Source of the DNA: Planctomycetota bacterium
GTDB lineage: Bacteria; Planctomycetota; UBA1135; GCA-002748355
DNA: 64,000 nt
Assembly: GCA_027021385.1 (NCBI GenBank)
Contig: JALUUL010000054.1
Location: 51,050 to 115,049 of the forward strand
Reading direction: 5' to 3'
Positions 41,412 to 50,520 of this stretch are shown in pieces. The stretch's first letter is position 1. Each line of letters starts with the position of its first letter. The notes beneath the pieces were generated by a model. That model saw nothing but the letters and a program-made list of their open reading frames with translations. It was not told the DNA's origin and made no database searches. The position numbers and the translations under genes are program-made.

Positions 41412-42737
41412 ATGCTCTCCCCATCGAGTCCGGGGATGCGCATCGCCGTCCTCCTCTTCGCCGCCGTCGTCCTGGGGACGATCGTCTGGGGCGGGCTTTC
41501 GCGCTTCACGAGGAAGAAGGAGGGGACGAAGGCCGAACCCCTGGTCCACAGTCCCCAGGTCCCGATCCCCGTCGTCGACAGGACCCTCCTGGCCCGGGTC
41601 AAGGACGAGACCAAGATCCAACGCTTCACGAACGAACCCGAGGCATACGAACACCTGCTCGTGACCGCGACCCGGATCGTGCCCGGAACCCTCCGCGCGA
41701 TGGGGCTCCCGGAGGAGCCGATCCCTCCCGACACGATCCGAAGGAGTCCCGACCTGTGGCGGGGCAAGCCCCTGTTCTACGAGGGGGAGGTCGTCTTCCT
41801 GAAACCCCCGGAACCGATCCCGGGCATGCGGGATTTCCAGAGGACGGAAGGCCGTCTCCGAACCGACGACGGAGAAACGATTCTTTTCGCGGTCATCGAA
41901 CCGATCCCCGAGGGGATCACCCTGGGAAGCTTCGCCCGTATCGAAGGGCTGTTCTTCAAGCTCCGTGACGAGAACTTCCCCGAGAAGGTCGAGAAAGCGC
42001 CTTTCCTCGTCGGTCCCGTCCTCCGGCGGGCGTTCCGGAAATTCCCCCCGGTGAAAGAGCTGGATCCCGACCTGCTCGCGACGATCCGCGACGGAACGGA
42101 CCGGGAGGCCGAGATCATCGAGGACCTCCCCTTCTACCACCTCTGTTCATGGGTCGCGAACCGCCCCGACAAGAGCAAATGGCGCAGATCGCTCCCGGAA
42201 ATCGAACGGGAGGACGCCGTCCACATGGTCCACGCCGACGGGACGATCCCGAGGGGAGCATCCTTCAAGATCGTTGCCGAACTCCTTTGGGTGCAGATCG
42301 AGGCCGCGGAAGCCAATCCCCTCCGGGTCGACTTCTGGACCAAGGCCTGGCTCTACCATCCGACGATCGGGACGATCTACGTCAAGATCCCCGGCCGGGT
42401 CTCCAAGACTGATTGGAAGACCGGGGACGATGTCGTCGTATTCGGAGCCTTCATGAAGCGATACCGATACGAGACGGGGGCGACGAACTCTCTCAGGCCC
42501 GGAGACCGTTACAAGGACGTTCCGTTCTTCGTCTCGGACGATCTCCTCCCCCTCGTGATCCTCGAGAACGAAGCAAACGTCATCTTCCGGGCAGCCGTGA
42601 CGGGAGCAATCGCCCTCCTGATCATCATCCTCGGCATCCTCGTCATCAAGGACCACCGCGCGGACCAGGAACTCAGGCGCCACATCCTCGAACGGCGGAG
42701 GAAACGCCGTCGAGCCTCCATACGGAAGCCCCATTGA
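41412..42737 (+). CDS. Hypothetical protein with TM anchors at both termini
   Basis: N-terminal MRIAVLLFAAVVLGTIVWGGL, C-terminal AAVTGAIALLIIILGILVI followed by a basic tail. Start could be 41412 or 41436. Confidence 0.6.
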   Translation: MLSPSSPGMRIAVLLFAAVVLGTIVWGGLSRFTRKKEGTKAEPLVHSPQVPIPVVDRTLLARVKDETKIQRFTNEPEAYEHLLVTATRIVPGTLRAMGLPEEPIPPDTIRRSPDLWRGKPLFYEGEVVFLKPPEPIPGMRDFQRTEGRLRTDDGETILFAVIEPIPEGITLGSFARIEGLFFKLRDENFPEKVEKAPFLVGPVLRRAFRKFPPVKELDPDLLATIRDGTDREAEIIEDLPFYHLCSWVANRPDKSKWRRSLPEIEREDAVHMVHADGTIPRGASFKIVAELLWVQIEAAEANPLRVDFWTKAWLYHPTIGTIYVKIPGRVSKTDWKTGDDVVVFGAFMKRYRYETGATNSLRPGDRYKDVPFFVSDDLLPLVILENEANVIFRAAVTGAIALLIIILGILVIKDHRADQELRRHILERRRKRRRASIRKPH

Positions 42738-42741
42738 AGCC

Positions 42742-43824
42742 ATGCATTTCGAACTCTCCTTTCCTCCCCGCGGAATCGGAAGGACCTGCGAGGTCCTCTG
42801 CGGGAAGGGGAGTCGGTCGTTGCTGTTCGAGCGCCTAGGGTCGGAAATGGGTGGACGCCCCCTCTACGTGCTCCTCGATGCGGAAGTGGACCGGCTCCAC
42901 GAACGGACCCTTCGCGGGTTCAAGGAGACGGTGAAGAACCGCATCCGTCTCTGGCACCCGGTTCCGGCCGGCGAGGCATGCAAGGACTTCATGGTCCTCC
43001 CAGAAACGCTTCGACTCCTTTGTCGTTCGGGCTTGACCCGCGACGCCGTGATCGTCGCCTTCGGCGGCGGAGCGACGGGAGACCTCGCCGGCATGCTCGC
43101 CTCCGTCGCCCTTCGGGGAATCGAATGGGTCCACGCGGCCACGACCCTGCTCGCGATGGTCGACGCCGGGCTCGGAGGAAAATGCGCGGTGAACCTCCCC
43201 GAGGGGAAGAATCTCTGCGGCGCCTTCCACCCCTCGAGGATCCTTGCGGCGGATCCCGACTTCCTCCGGACCCTCCCGGCCGAGGAGTTCGCCTCAGGTC
43301 TCGGGGAAATCGCCAAGGTCGCGCTCGGACTCGATCGGGAACTCTTCGAACTCCTCGAGAACCTCCCTCCCCCCGGCGAACCCGGGTTTTCCGAGGCCGT
43401 TCCGGAGATCCTCGAACGCTGTCTCCGCGCCAAGGCCGCGATCGTGTCCGAGGATCCCTATGAGAGGGACGGAGGGCCGCGAATGAAACTCAATCTCGGA
43501 CATGACCTCGGACATGCGCTCGAGGGCTGGGCTCTCTCCCGAAGCCTTCCCCTCAGGCACGGCACGGCCGTCGCGCTGGGCCTCCGCGAAGCGATCGAGA
43601 CCTCGCAAGAAGCCTCCGGAGAATCCAAGAGACGCGCTCGGGCCCTCCTCGACCGTCTGGGACTCCCCAGGGTTCTCTCCGATCTCTTTCCCGATCTCGA
43701 GGAACCCCGTCCAGGCGATCTCGCCCCCTTCCTCGCCGTCGACAAGAAACGGCGATCGAGGGGCTCTTACCATGTCGAGTGGAGCGGACCCGGTTCCTGC
43801 GAGGTCCGCCGCCTCCTCTCCTGA
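42742..43824 (+). CDS. aroB: 3-dehydroquinate synthase
   Basis: VIVAFGGGATGDLAGMLAS, LLAMVDAGLGGKCAVNLPEGKNLCGAFHPS and LNLGHDLGHALE. Confidence 0.9.
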   Translation: MHFELSFPPRGIGRTCEVLCGKGSRSLLFERLGSEMGGRPLYVLLDAEVDRLHERTLRGFKETVKNRIRLWHPVPAGEACKDFMVLPETLRLLCRSGLTRDAVIVAFGGGATGDLAGMLASVALRGIEWVHAATTLLAMVDAGLGGKCAVNLPEGKNLCGAFHPSRILAADPDFLRTLPAEEFASGLGEIAKVALGLDRELFELLENLPPPGEPGFSEAVPEILERCLRAKAAIVSEDPYERDGGPRMKLNLGHDLGHALEGWALSRSLPLRHGTAVALGLREAIETSQEASGESKRRARALLDRLGLPRVLSDLFPDLEEPRPGDLAPFLAVDKKRRSRGSYHVEWSGPGSCEVRRLLS

Positions 43825-43974
43825 ACGGCCATCCCCCGCCGCCCGCTCCCCGGTCCTGGGGCGGGAACATGCTTCGAATCCCCGATCCCAACGGGGTTCT
43901 TCCCCTTCCTTCGGATCCGCCGGCCCCTCGCACGAAAGAGAGGGGATTCGATCCAAAACAAAAGGGAGTTCACC

Positions 43975-45693
43975 ATGCATGTCACCTGGAAACCCATCTT
44001 CTCCGCCGCCCTCTGCTTTGCCCTCCTAGGTTGCGGAGGCGGCGGGAGTACGACGAGTTCGGCTACGACGTCCGGATCGATCATGATCAAGGACGCAACC
44101 TACGCGCAACTCGGTACCTTCAAGGTCACGTTCTCGAAGGGAGTGCTGGTCGGGGCTTCCGGCACGACCAACCACACCCTCTTCGACACGGCGCAGCAGG
44201 TGGACCTGCTGACCCTTCAGATCAACAGTAGCTTCCTGGCCAGCGGCGACATCCCCGAGGGGACTTATTCGGGAATGCTCCTCACGGTTTCGGGGATCAC
44301 CGCGACGGACAAGAGCAACAATTCCCTGACCTTCGACGGGGCGGCGAACCTTCCCCAGGAAGTCCCGATGGACTTCGCGGAGCCTCTGACCGTCGTCCAG
44401 GGCACGCCCGTCGAGATCCTGCTCGACTTCGACGTCAAACGCTCCTACACGGAGACGGGTGCTACGACATTCTCGATGACGCCTGTCGTGAAACCGGATC
44501 CGGACCCGCCCGCCATGGAGATGGGCTCGATCGACGTGACGATCCTCTCGAAGGACAGCGTAAACGGGACCTTCCTGGCTCGCACGGTCAATCAACCCTA
44601 CCGGACCTTCAAGGTGAAGGTCGCCAACACAGTCCCCTATGTCGTCAACTACACGTCGGTCTACCTGGGTACGGCCGACGTTCTCGCGAACCTGACGGTC
44701 GGAACGAAGGTGACTCTGGACGAGGGGAGGTTCATGAATGGAGTCTTCAATCCCTTCTTCATCATGAAGGGAGGGACCTCCTATCCCTCCAACTTCGCGA
44801 TCTGCGGTGGAACCGTCACCTCCGTCGACACGACGAACAATCTGATCACCGTCACCCTTGACTTCGCCGACGTCGACATGACCTCGGGTCAGGTCATCAA
44901 GGCCAAGGCTCAAGCGAAGCAATCCTTCACCTTCGACTACAAGAACGACACGAACACGAAACTCCTCCTCTCCCGCTACGGAACCCAGACGACCGCCGCC
45001 GGGGATTCGGCCGCGGTCGGGATGTGGATCGGGTTCGGGGGAACCTACAACACCTCGACATCCCGGCTAGAGCCCATCCTCGGAATCCTGGAGTCCGACG
45101 CCGAGTACAACGGGACCCTCGCCTCGACGCCGACCAACGTCTCCGGAACGATCTGGTCGGTTTCCGTCACGAACCTTACCGCCAACGGCCAAAGCGTCCC
45201 GGATGCCACGTATTACTTCGACTCCTCCCTCGGGAAGATGTTCCGCGGCGGCGTTCCGATGACCTCGCTCGCCAAGAGCAAGGCGGGAGACGAGATCAAG
45301 TTCCGCCTCGGCTACAACCTCGCGAGAAGTCGCTACGAAATCTCGAAGGGGATCCTCGGGGTCAAGCGGGTCTACGTCCCCGCCTCCGCTCTCAACAAAG
45401 GTTCCATCACGGCGACGGGGGATCCGATCACCTTCAAGCTCCAGATCAGCGACAATCAGGCCCTGACGAATCTCGGGAAGACCTCCCCTTTCACGATGAC
45501 CGTCAAGCTGCCGCTCTCGGCGAACGCCTTCTCCTTCGACCAGAAGACGAAGACGGGGAAGGACCTGAGCATGTCCTCGATGGTCACGACCCTCTCGGGC
45601 ATGGCCTCGACCTCCTACATCTACATCGACGGCTACTTCGACTCCGGGACCGACACGTTCTACGTGGACGAGCTCTTCCTGGACATCCAGTAA
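43975..45693 (+). CDS. Lipoprotein with an N-terminal DUF4382-like domain and a long Thr/Ser/Asn-rich extension
   Basis: Lipobox FALLGCGGGG. VDLLTL...IPEGTYSGMLLTV...ILLDFDVKRSY fits the DUF4382 pattern as I recall it. AAGGGAG ribosome-binding site upstream. Confidence 0.7.
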   Translation: MHVTWKPIFSAALCFALLGCGGGGSTTSSATTSGSIMIKDATYAQLGTFKVTFSKGVLVGASGTTNHTLFDTAQQVDLLTLQINSSFLASGDIPEGTYSGMLLTVSGITATDKSNNSLTFDGAANLPQEVPMDFAEPLTVVQGTPVEILLDFDVKRSYTETGATTFSMTPVVKPDPDPPAMEMGSIDVTILSKDSVNGTFLARTVNQPYRTFKVKVANTVPYVVNYTSVYLGTADVLANLTVGTKVTLDEGRFMNGVFNPFFIMKGGTSYPSNFAICGGTVTSVDTTNNLITVTLDFADVDMTSGQVIKAKAQAKQSFTFDYKNDTNTKLLLSRYGTQTTAAGDSAAVGMWIGFGGTYNTSTSRLEPILGILESDAEYNGTLASTPTNVSGTIWSVSVTNLTANGQSVPDATYYFDSSLGKMFRGGVPMTSLAKSKAGDEIKFRLGYNLARSRYEISKGILGVKRVYVPASALNKGSITATGDPITFKLQISDNQALTNLGKTSPFTMTVKLPLSANAFSFDQKTKTGKDLSMSSMVTTLSGMASTSYIYIDGYFDSGTDTFYVDELFLDIQ

Positions 45694-45705
45694 ACGAAGC
45701 GGGGA

Positions 45706-45736
45706 GGCGGGCGCGGGGAGATCCCCGCGCCCCGCC
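45706..45736. terminator. Bidirectional hairpin between the convergent lipoprotein gene and gltX
   Basis: GGCGGGCGCGGGGA-GA-TCCCCGCGCCCCGCC, a near-perfect 14 bp stem with one bulge. Confidence 0.5.
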
Positions 45737-45765
45737 CTGGCTCCTCCGGGGTCAGGGACGCGGCC

Positions 45766-47241
45766 TCAAGGGCGCACGCCCTCCCGAAGAGCGTGGACGG
45801 CGGCCTCGACCCTCTTCCTCGTCTCCTCGGGTCCCAGAAGGAAGACGATGTCGAAGAGCCCCGCGCCGGCCGAAGTCCCGGTCAGCGCCGCGCGGAGCGG
45901 ATGGACCAGGCGTCCGAACCCGATGCCGAGTTCCTCCGCGATCTCACGGGAGCGGGCCTCGAGGGCCTCGGCGGAGTCCCACACCGCGCCGAGGCGATTC
46001 AGCCAGGCCTCCATCCACTCCGCGGCCTCGGCATGCTTCGTCAGGTTCTTCCAGGCCTTGTCGTCGTAACGAATCTCGGCGGCCAGGAAGAATCCGATTT
46101 TCTCCGGAACCTCCGCTAGGGAGCGGACCCTCTCCCGATAACAGCCGACGATCGCCTCGAACCAGGCTCTTCGTGCGGCGATTTCGCTGGAGGAAGCGAG
46201 TCCCGCCTTCTCGATCCAGGGAACGGCCCGGTCGAGGATCTCCCCAGGCTCCATCCTGCGAAGCCAGACTCCGACGAGCCACTCGAGCTTCTCCTCGTCC
46301 AGCATCGAGCCGCTCCGGCCGACGTCTTTCAGGTCGAAGCGATCGATCGCCTCCTCGAGTCCGAAGACCTCGGTCTCCGCGTCGGGCGCCCAGCCCAGCC
46401 GAGCGAAGAAGTTGACGAGGGCCTCGGCCGGATATCCCGCATCCCTATAGGAGAGGAGGTCGGTCTGGGCCATTCGCTTGCTGAGCTTCTTGCCGTCCTT
46501 CCCGAGGATCAGGGGAAGATGAGCGAAGCGGGGGACGGGAAGCCCCAGGGCCTCCAGGAGGAAGACCTGCTTGACGGTGTTCAGGAGATGCTCCTCGCCG
46601 CGGATCACGTCCGTGATCTCCATGTCTGCGTCGTCAAGGGCCGAGCACAGATTGTAGAGGGGGCTTCCGTCCCGGCGCAGCATGACCCAGTCGTCGATCT
46701 GATCGAGACGGATCTCGACCTCTCCCTTGATCGCGTCCTTCAGGACGATCGTCCCGGATTCGGGCATCGCGAAACGCACGACGTAGGGCCGTCCCTCTTC
46801 CATGCGGCACCGGATCTCCCGGTCCTCGAGTCGGCGGCAACGACGGTCGTACATCGAGGCTCCCACCCGCTCCTGCATCCGTAACCGACCTTCCTGGACC
46901 TCCTCGGGTGAGCAGAAGCATCGGTAGGCCTTCCCCGATTCCAGGAGCCGATCGACCCGGTCCCGATATCCCTCGAGGCGCAGGGACTGGAAATACGGTC
47001 CATGGGGGCCGTCCTTCTCCGGGCCCTCGTCCCAGTCCAGGCCGAGCCATCGAAGGCCCTCCAGGATGTGCGCGAGACTCTCCGCGGTCGAACGCTCCCG
47101 ATCGGTGTCGTCGATCCGGAGGACGAAGGCCCCCCCCTTCGAGCGGGCGTGGAGGTAGTTGTAGAGGGCGGTCCGCGCGCCTCCGATATGGAGAGGACCG
47201 GTCGGCGAGGGCGCGAAGCGGACACGAAGAGGAGTCGTCAT
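45766..47241 (-). CDS. gltX: Glutamyl-tRNA synthetase
   Basis: RFAPSPTGPLHIGGARTALYNY (HIGH motif), LRIDDTDRERS, and KLSKR (KMSKS). Confidence 0.94.
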   Translation of the reverse strand: MTTPLRVRFAPSPTGPLHIGGARTALYNYLHARSKGGAFVLRIDDTDRERSTAESLAHILEGLRWLGLDWDEGPEKDGPHGPYFQSLRLEGYRDRVDRLLESGKAYRCFCSPEEVQEGRLRMQERVGASMYDRRCRRLEDREIRCRMEEGRPYVVRFAMPESGTIVLKDAIKGEVEIRLDQIDDWVMLRRDGSPLYNLCSALDDADMEITDVIRGEEHLLNTVKQVFLLEALGLPVPRFAHLPLILGKDGKKLSKRMAQTDLLSYRDAGYPAEALVNFFARLGWAPDAETEVFGLEEAIDRFDLKDVGRSGSMLDEEKLEWLVGVWLRRMEPGEILDRAVPWIEKAGLASSSEIAARRAWFEAIVGCYRERVRSLAEVPEKIGFFLAAEIRYDDKAWKNLTKHAEAAEWMEAWLNRLGAVWDSAEALEARSREIAEELGIGFGRLVHPLRAALTGTSAGAGLFDIVFLLGPEETRKRVEAAVHALREGVRP

Positions 47242-47262
47242 GATGCGGGTCTCCGCGGCGGG

Positions 47263-49191
47263 TCAGCGTTTGTCGAGGCCGAGCAGCTTCCGGATCGCCG
47301 CGTCGCCGGCCTTGTAGACGTAGGGGGATTCGTCCTTCTGGAGTTTCTTCAGGGCCTCGAGGATGCGGGGCTCCTTGAGACCAAGGGCCCCGAGAGAGCG
47401 TGCGGCGCGCCAGCGCATGTGCTCGTCCTCGTCCTTCAGGGCCTCGAGGAGGCGGGGGACCGCTCCAGGGTCCCCGAGTTCCCCGAGCGCCTCGATCGAG
47501 GCCCGGCGCACGCGCGCGGAGAGGCCCCGGCTCTTCGCGACCAGGAGATCGAGCACCTTCCGGTTCTTCGACGCGATCCTTCCGAGCGCGATGACGGCCG
47601 CGACTCGTAGGTCCTCGTCGGGGGATTCGGCGGCCTTCATCAGGTCGGGGATGGCCGGGGCCGCGGCCCCGCCGATCCGATCGAGGGCCCGGGCCGCGTG
47701 GAGCCTGACCCCGGGGGCCTCGTCGGTCAGGGCCCGGCGCAGCACCGGCACGGCCGAGGCCGCGGCCCCCCCGGCCTCCCCGAAGGCCCACAGGATGCCG
47801 ACGCGGGTCGAGGTCGGGAGTTCCTTTTCCATCGCCGAGGCCAGCCTCGCGAAGCCTTCCTCCCCGAGCCCTGCCAATGCCACGGAAGCCCAGAGGCGCC
47901 TGCCGGGTTCCCGGCTGCCCAGGATCCCCATGATCCGATCCATGTACGGAAGGCATGCCGGTCCGAGCCTCTTCAGAGCATAGGCCGCCTTCTCCTGAAC
48001 CCTGACGTCCCCCTTCGCGAGAGCTTCGAGGATCTTCGGAATCGCCACCTTCGCGGACGGGCCCACGAGTCCGAGGGCGTCGAGCGCGGAGAGTCTGACC
48101 GAACGGTCCTCGTCCTCGAGCGCCTTCACGAGGTCGGGCACCGCGCCCGCCGCGCGCTCCCCGAGCTTGCCGAGGGAGTAGGCGGCCGCCCCCCGGACCT
48201 TCGACCGGCGGTCCCGGAGGAGTGCGCGAAGCCTTTCGGCGACCTCCGGGACCCCGGGCCCCGTGTTCCCGAAGATCTCGCAACAGTCGAGCAGGAGCGG
48301 GGTGTCCTCCTCGCGCTCCTTCGAGACCTCGAGGAGCCTTCGGATCGCAGGCCCCCCGATCCGGACGAAGATCCCACCCAGCATCGAGCGGAGATCCTTG
48401 TCGCCGTCGAGAAACGCCCCGATCAAGGCTTTCACCTGTGCGGGGGTGGTCGGGCGCACGTCGCCGAGCGCGGACAGCGCGAAACTGCGCCGCGAGGGTT
48501 CCTCTCCCTTTCTCGTCCAGGGAATCAACCGGGGCACGATGGCCGGTCCGAGGGCCCCGATCGCCTTCGACACGGCGTTGCGGACCTCGAGCTTGGGGTC
48601 GGTGACATGCTTCAGGAGGGCGTCCGCGGCGGGAAGGGCCTTCGGCCCGAGATAGCCGAGCGCGAGGGCCACGCCTTCGCGCACGAGAAAGGAAGGGTCT
48701 TCCAGCATTTCGATCAGGGCCGGAATCTCCTTCTCGGGCTCCCGCGTCATGAAGAGGGAGACCGCCGCGGCCAGCCGACGGACCCTCGCATTCGGGTCCT
48801 TCCGGAGTTTCCGGATCTCCGGGAGGAACTTCCGCGCCGGCTTCCCGATCTTGTCGAGGAGATCGAGGGCATTCCCCCGGATCTCGTAATGCCCGTGCTT
48901 CAGGAGGGCGCCGATCGAGTCGACCCTTCCGGCGAGCTTCTTCGGGTTCAAGCGGAGAACCTCGAAGAGGAGGACCTTGAGTTCCAGGGATTCCCCGGGA
49001 TCCTCGAGCCGTTCGAAGATCGCGGGGAAGGCCCGCTCCCCGAGCCTGCCCAGATCCTCGATCGCGGGGGTCCGGATTCGAGGATCCCGGGCCTCCAACC
49101 TCTCGATCAGGAGGGTGGGATCCTGAGCGCGGAGGGCGGGTCCGGCGAGGCAAAGGAGGACGAGGGCCCGAAACGACATCCACGTGTTCAT
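47263..49191 (-). CDS. HEAT-repeat protein with an N-terminal signal peptide (predicted periplasmic)
   Basis: MNTWMSFRALVLLCLAGPALRAQD, followed by more than 12 repeats of DxxVRxxAAxALGxLG type. Confidence 0.78.
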   Translation of the reverse strand: MNTWMSFRALVLLCLAGPALRAQDPTLLIERLEARDPRIRTPAIEDLGRLGERAFPAIFERLEDPGESLELKVLLFEVLRLNPKKLAGRVDSIGALLKHGHYEIRGNALDLLDKIGKPARKFLPEIRKLRKDPNARVRRLAAAVSLFMTREPEKEIPALIEMLEDPSFLVREGVALALGYLGPKALPAADALLKHVTDPKLEVRNAVSKAIGALGPAIVPRLIPWTRKGEEPSRRSFALSALGDVRPTTPAQVKALIGAFLDGDKDLRSMLGGIFVRIGGPAIRRLLEVSKEREEDTPLLLDCCEIFGNTGPGVPEVAERLRALLRDRRSKVRGAAAYSLGKLGERAAGAVPDLVKALEDEDRSVRLSALDALGLVGPSAKVAIPKILEALAKGDVRVQEKAAYALKRLGPACLPYMDRIMGILGSREPGRRLWASVALAGLGEEGFARLASAMEKELPTSTRVGILWAFGEAGGAAASAVPVLRRALTDEAPGVRLHAARALDRIGGAAAPAIPDLMKAAESPDEDLRVAAVIALGRIASKNRKVLDLLVAKSRGLSARVRRASIEALGELGDPGAVPRLLEALKDEDEHMRWRAARSLGALGLKEPRILEALKKLQKDESPYVYKAGDAAIRKLLGLDKR

Positions 49192-49336
49192 GATCGCCAG
49201 TTTTCGGAGGGGGGGCGGCCCTGTCCATACCCGATGCCCGGAACCCGGCCCCGCCGCTCTCGATTCGGCGTGGTCCCGATCCCTCCCGGGGTGATGCCTT
49301 CCCTCGGCCCGCGGATCCCCGCCCCGCCCGCGGGCG

Positions 49337-50425
49337 TCAACGCAGGGCGCGCCAGCGGATCACGAGGCTCGGTGTCTCCCCATCCTCCCCGAGGATCGTC
49401 CGCTCGAAGGGCAGGCGGGGGCCACCCGGCCGGACTTCCCTCCAATCCCCAAAGAGGATTCGGCGCCGGAGCCCTCGGCGCTCCATCTCGAGCAGGAGAG
49501 GAAGGCCGGTCTCGGGGTCTAGGTAGAGGTCGTAGCGGTCGGCGGTCTCGACCTTGCGCCGGGGATCCGGACCGAAGACCTTTCCGAGCCCCCCCCGGCG
49601 CGAAAGCACGCGGATCCTCGAAAAGTCGCGCCCCATCAAGCGCACGGTCTCCCCGGCCTGCACCTGGAAACGACTGCGGTCCCGGAATCCGAACGGGAAC
49701 CGCAGGAGGAGCCCCCAGACCTCGACCTCGGGTCCGAGGGTCTTTTCGAGATCCGGACGGTCGACGCCCGAAGTCCTCGCCCAGGTCCGGCCCCCGTTCT
49801 TCCCGAAGGACAGGCGCTCGTCCCAATCGATGCGGTCGCCTCCGTCGGTCCCCTGGAGTACGGCCTCGTGCACGAAGCGTTTCGTGAAGATCTCCTTCCC
49901 GCTCTCGTCCAGCCCGCTTAGATCCCGGCGGATGCGCAGCCGTCCGAGCGCCCTCCAGGCGGCGAATCCGCCGATCCTCCCGAGAACCTCGTCCAGGGCG
50001 TCACCCTCGCGTCCCGACTCGACCTGCGGATCTTCGGAGGGGCCGATGCCCGAGGGGGCGGCGGGAGGGAGAAGGGCGGGGGCGGGTTTTCCACCGAGCC
50101 GGGCGCGCAATCCCTTTCCCGGTTTCAGGCGGCCCGGGCTCTCCTTGCGGCTTCCCGGCGAGGAGGAAGGCCGGGGATCGGCGGAGTCTTTGCGGGGAGT
50201 CCGGGGCAGATCGAAGGGGGCCGGCGGATCGACCTTGTTCTCGAGAGAGCGCCTCGGAAGGACTCGCGACCTGGGCGCCGGGGAGGATCCCCGAGGAGCG
50301 GGGGCGGGCCGGGAAGCGGGCTCGACCGGACGGGCCGGGTCGGGCCAGACCTCGGGTTCCTGGGCCTCGAGGCCCGAGGCCAGGCAACAGAGAAGGAGCG
50401 GGAGGATCGCGCCGGATTTGGGCAT
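49337..50425 (-). CDS. Secreted hypothetical protein with a Pro/Ser/Arg-rich linker and a ~220 aa C-terminal globular domain
   Basis: Signal peptide MPKSGAILPLLLCCLASGLEAQE. I recognise no family. Confidence 0.55.
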   Translation of the reverse strand: MPKSGAILPLLLCCLASGLEAQEPEVWPDPARPVEPASRPAPAPRGSSPAPRSRVLPRRSLENKVDPPAPFDLPRTPRKDSADPRPSSSPGSRKESPGRLKPGKGLRARLGGKPAPALLPPAAPSGIGPSEDPQVESGREGDALDEVLGRIGGFAAWRALGRLRIRRDLSGLDESGKEIFTKRFVHEAVLQGTDGGDRIDWDERLSFGKNGGRTWARTSGVDRPDLEKTLGPEVEVWGLLLRFPFGFRDRSRFQVQAGETVRLMGRDFSRIRVLSRRGGLGKVFGPDPRRKVETADRYDLYLDPETGLPLLLEMERRGLRRRILFGDWREVRPGGPRLPFERTILGEDGETPSLVIRWRALR

Positions 50426-50520
50426 GTCGTACCTCGGCGGCTACCCTGGAACAAACCGGGGAGCGCGTGGTTTCCCCCGTCTCATCGGCAAGATCGGGTC
50501 TTGAGTTGAATCGGAGCCTC

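Noticed and set aside
46634-49228. An 864 aa minus-strand ORF overlapping gltX and the HEAT-repeat gene.
   Set aside because: It is an alternative frame of genes with strong motifs (HIGH/KMSKS; regular HEAT repeats). The translation is Arg/Gly/Pro-rich low-complexity sequence.
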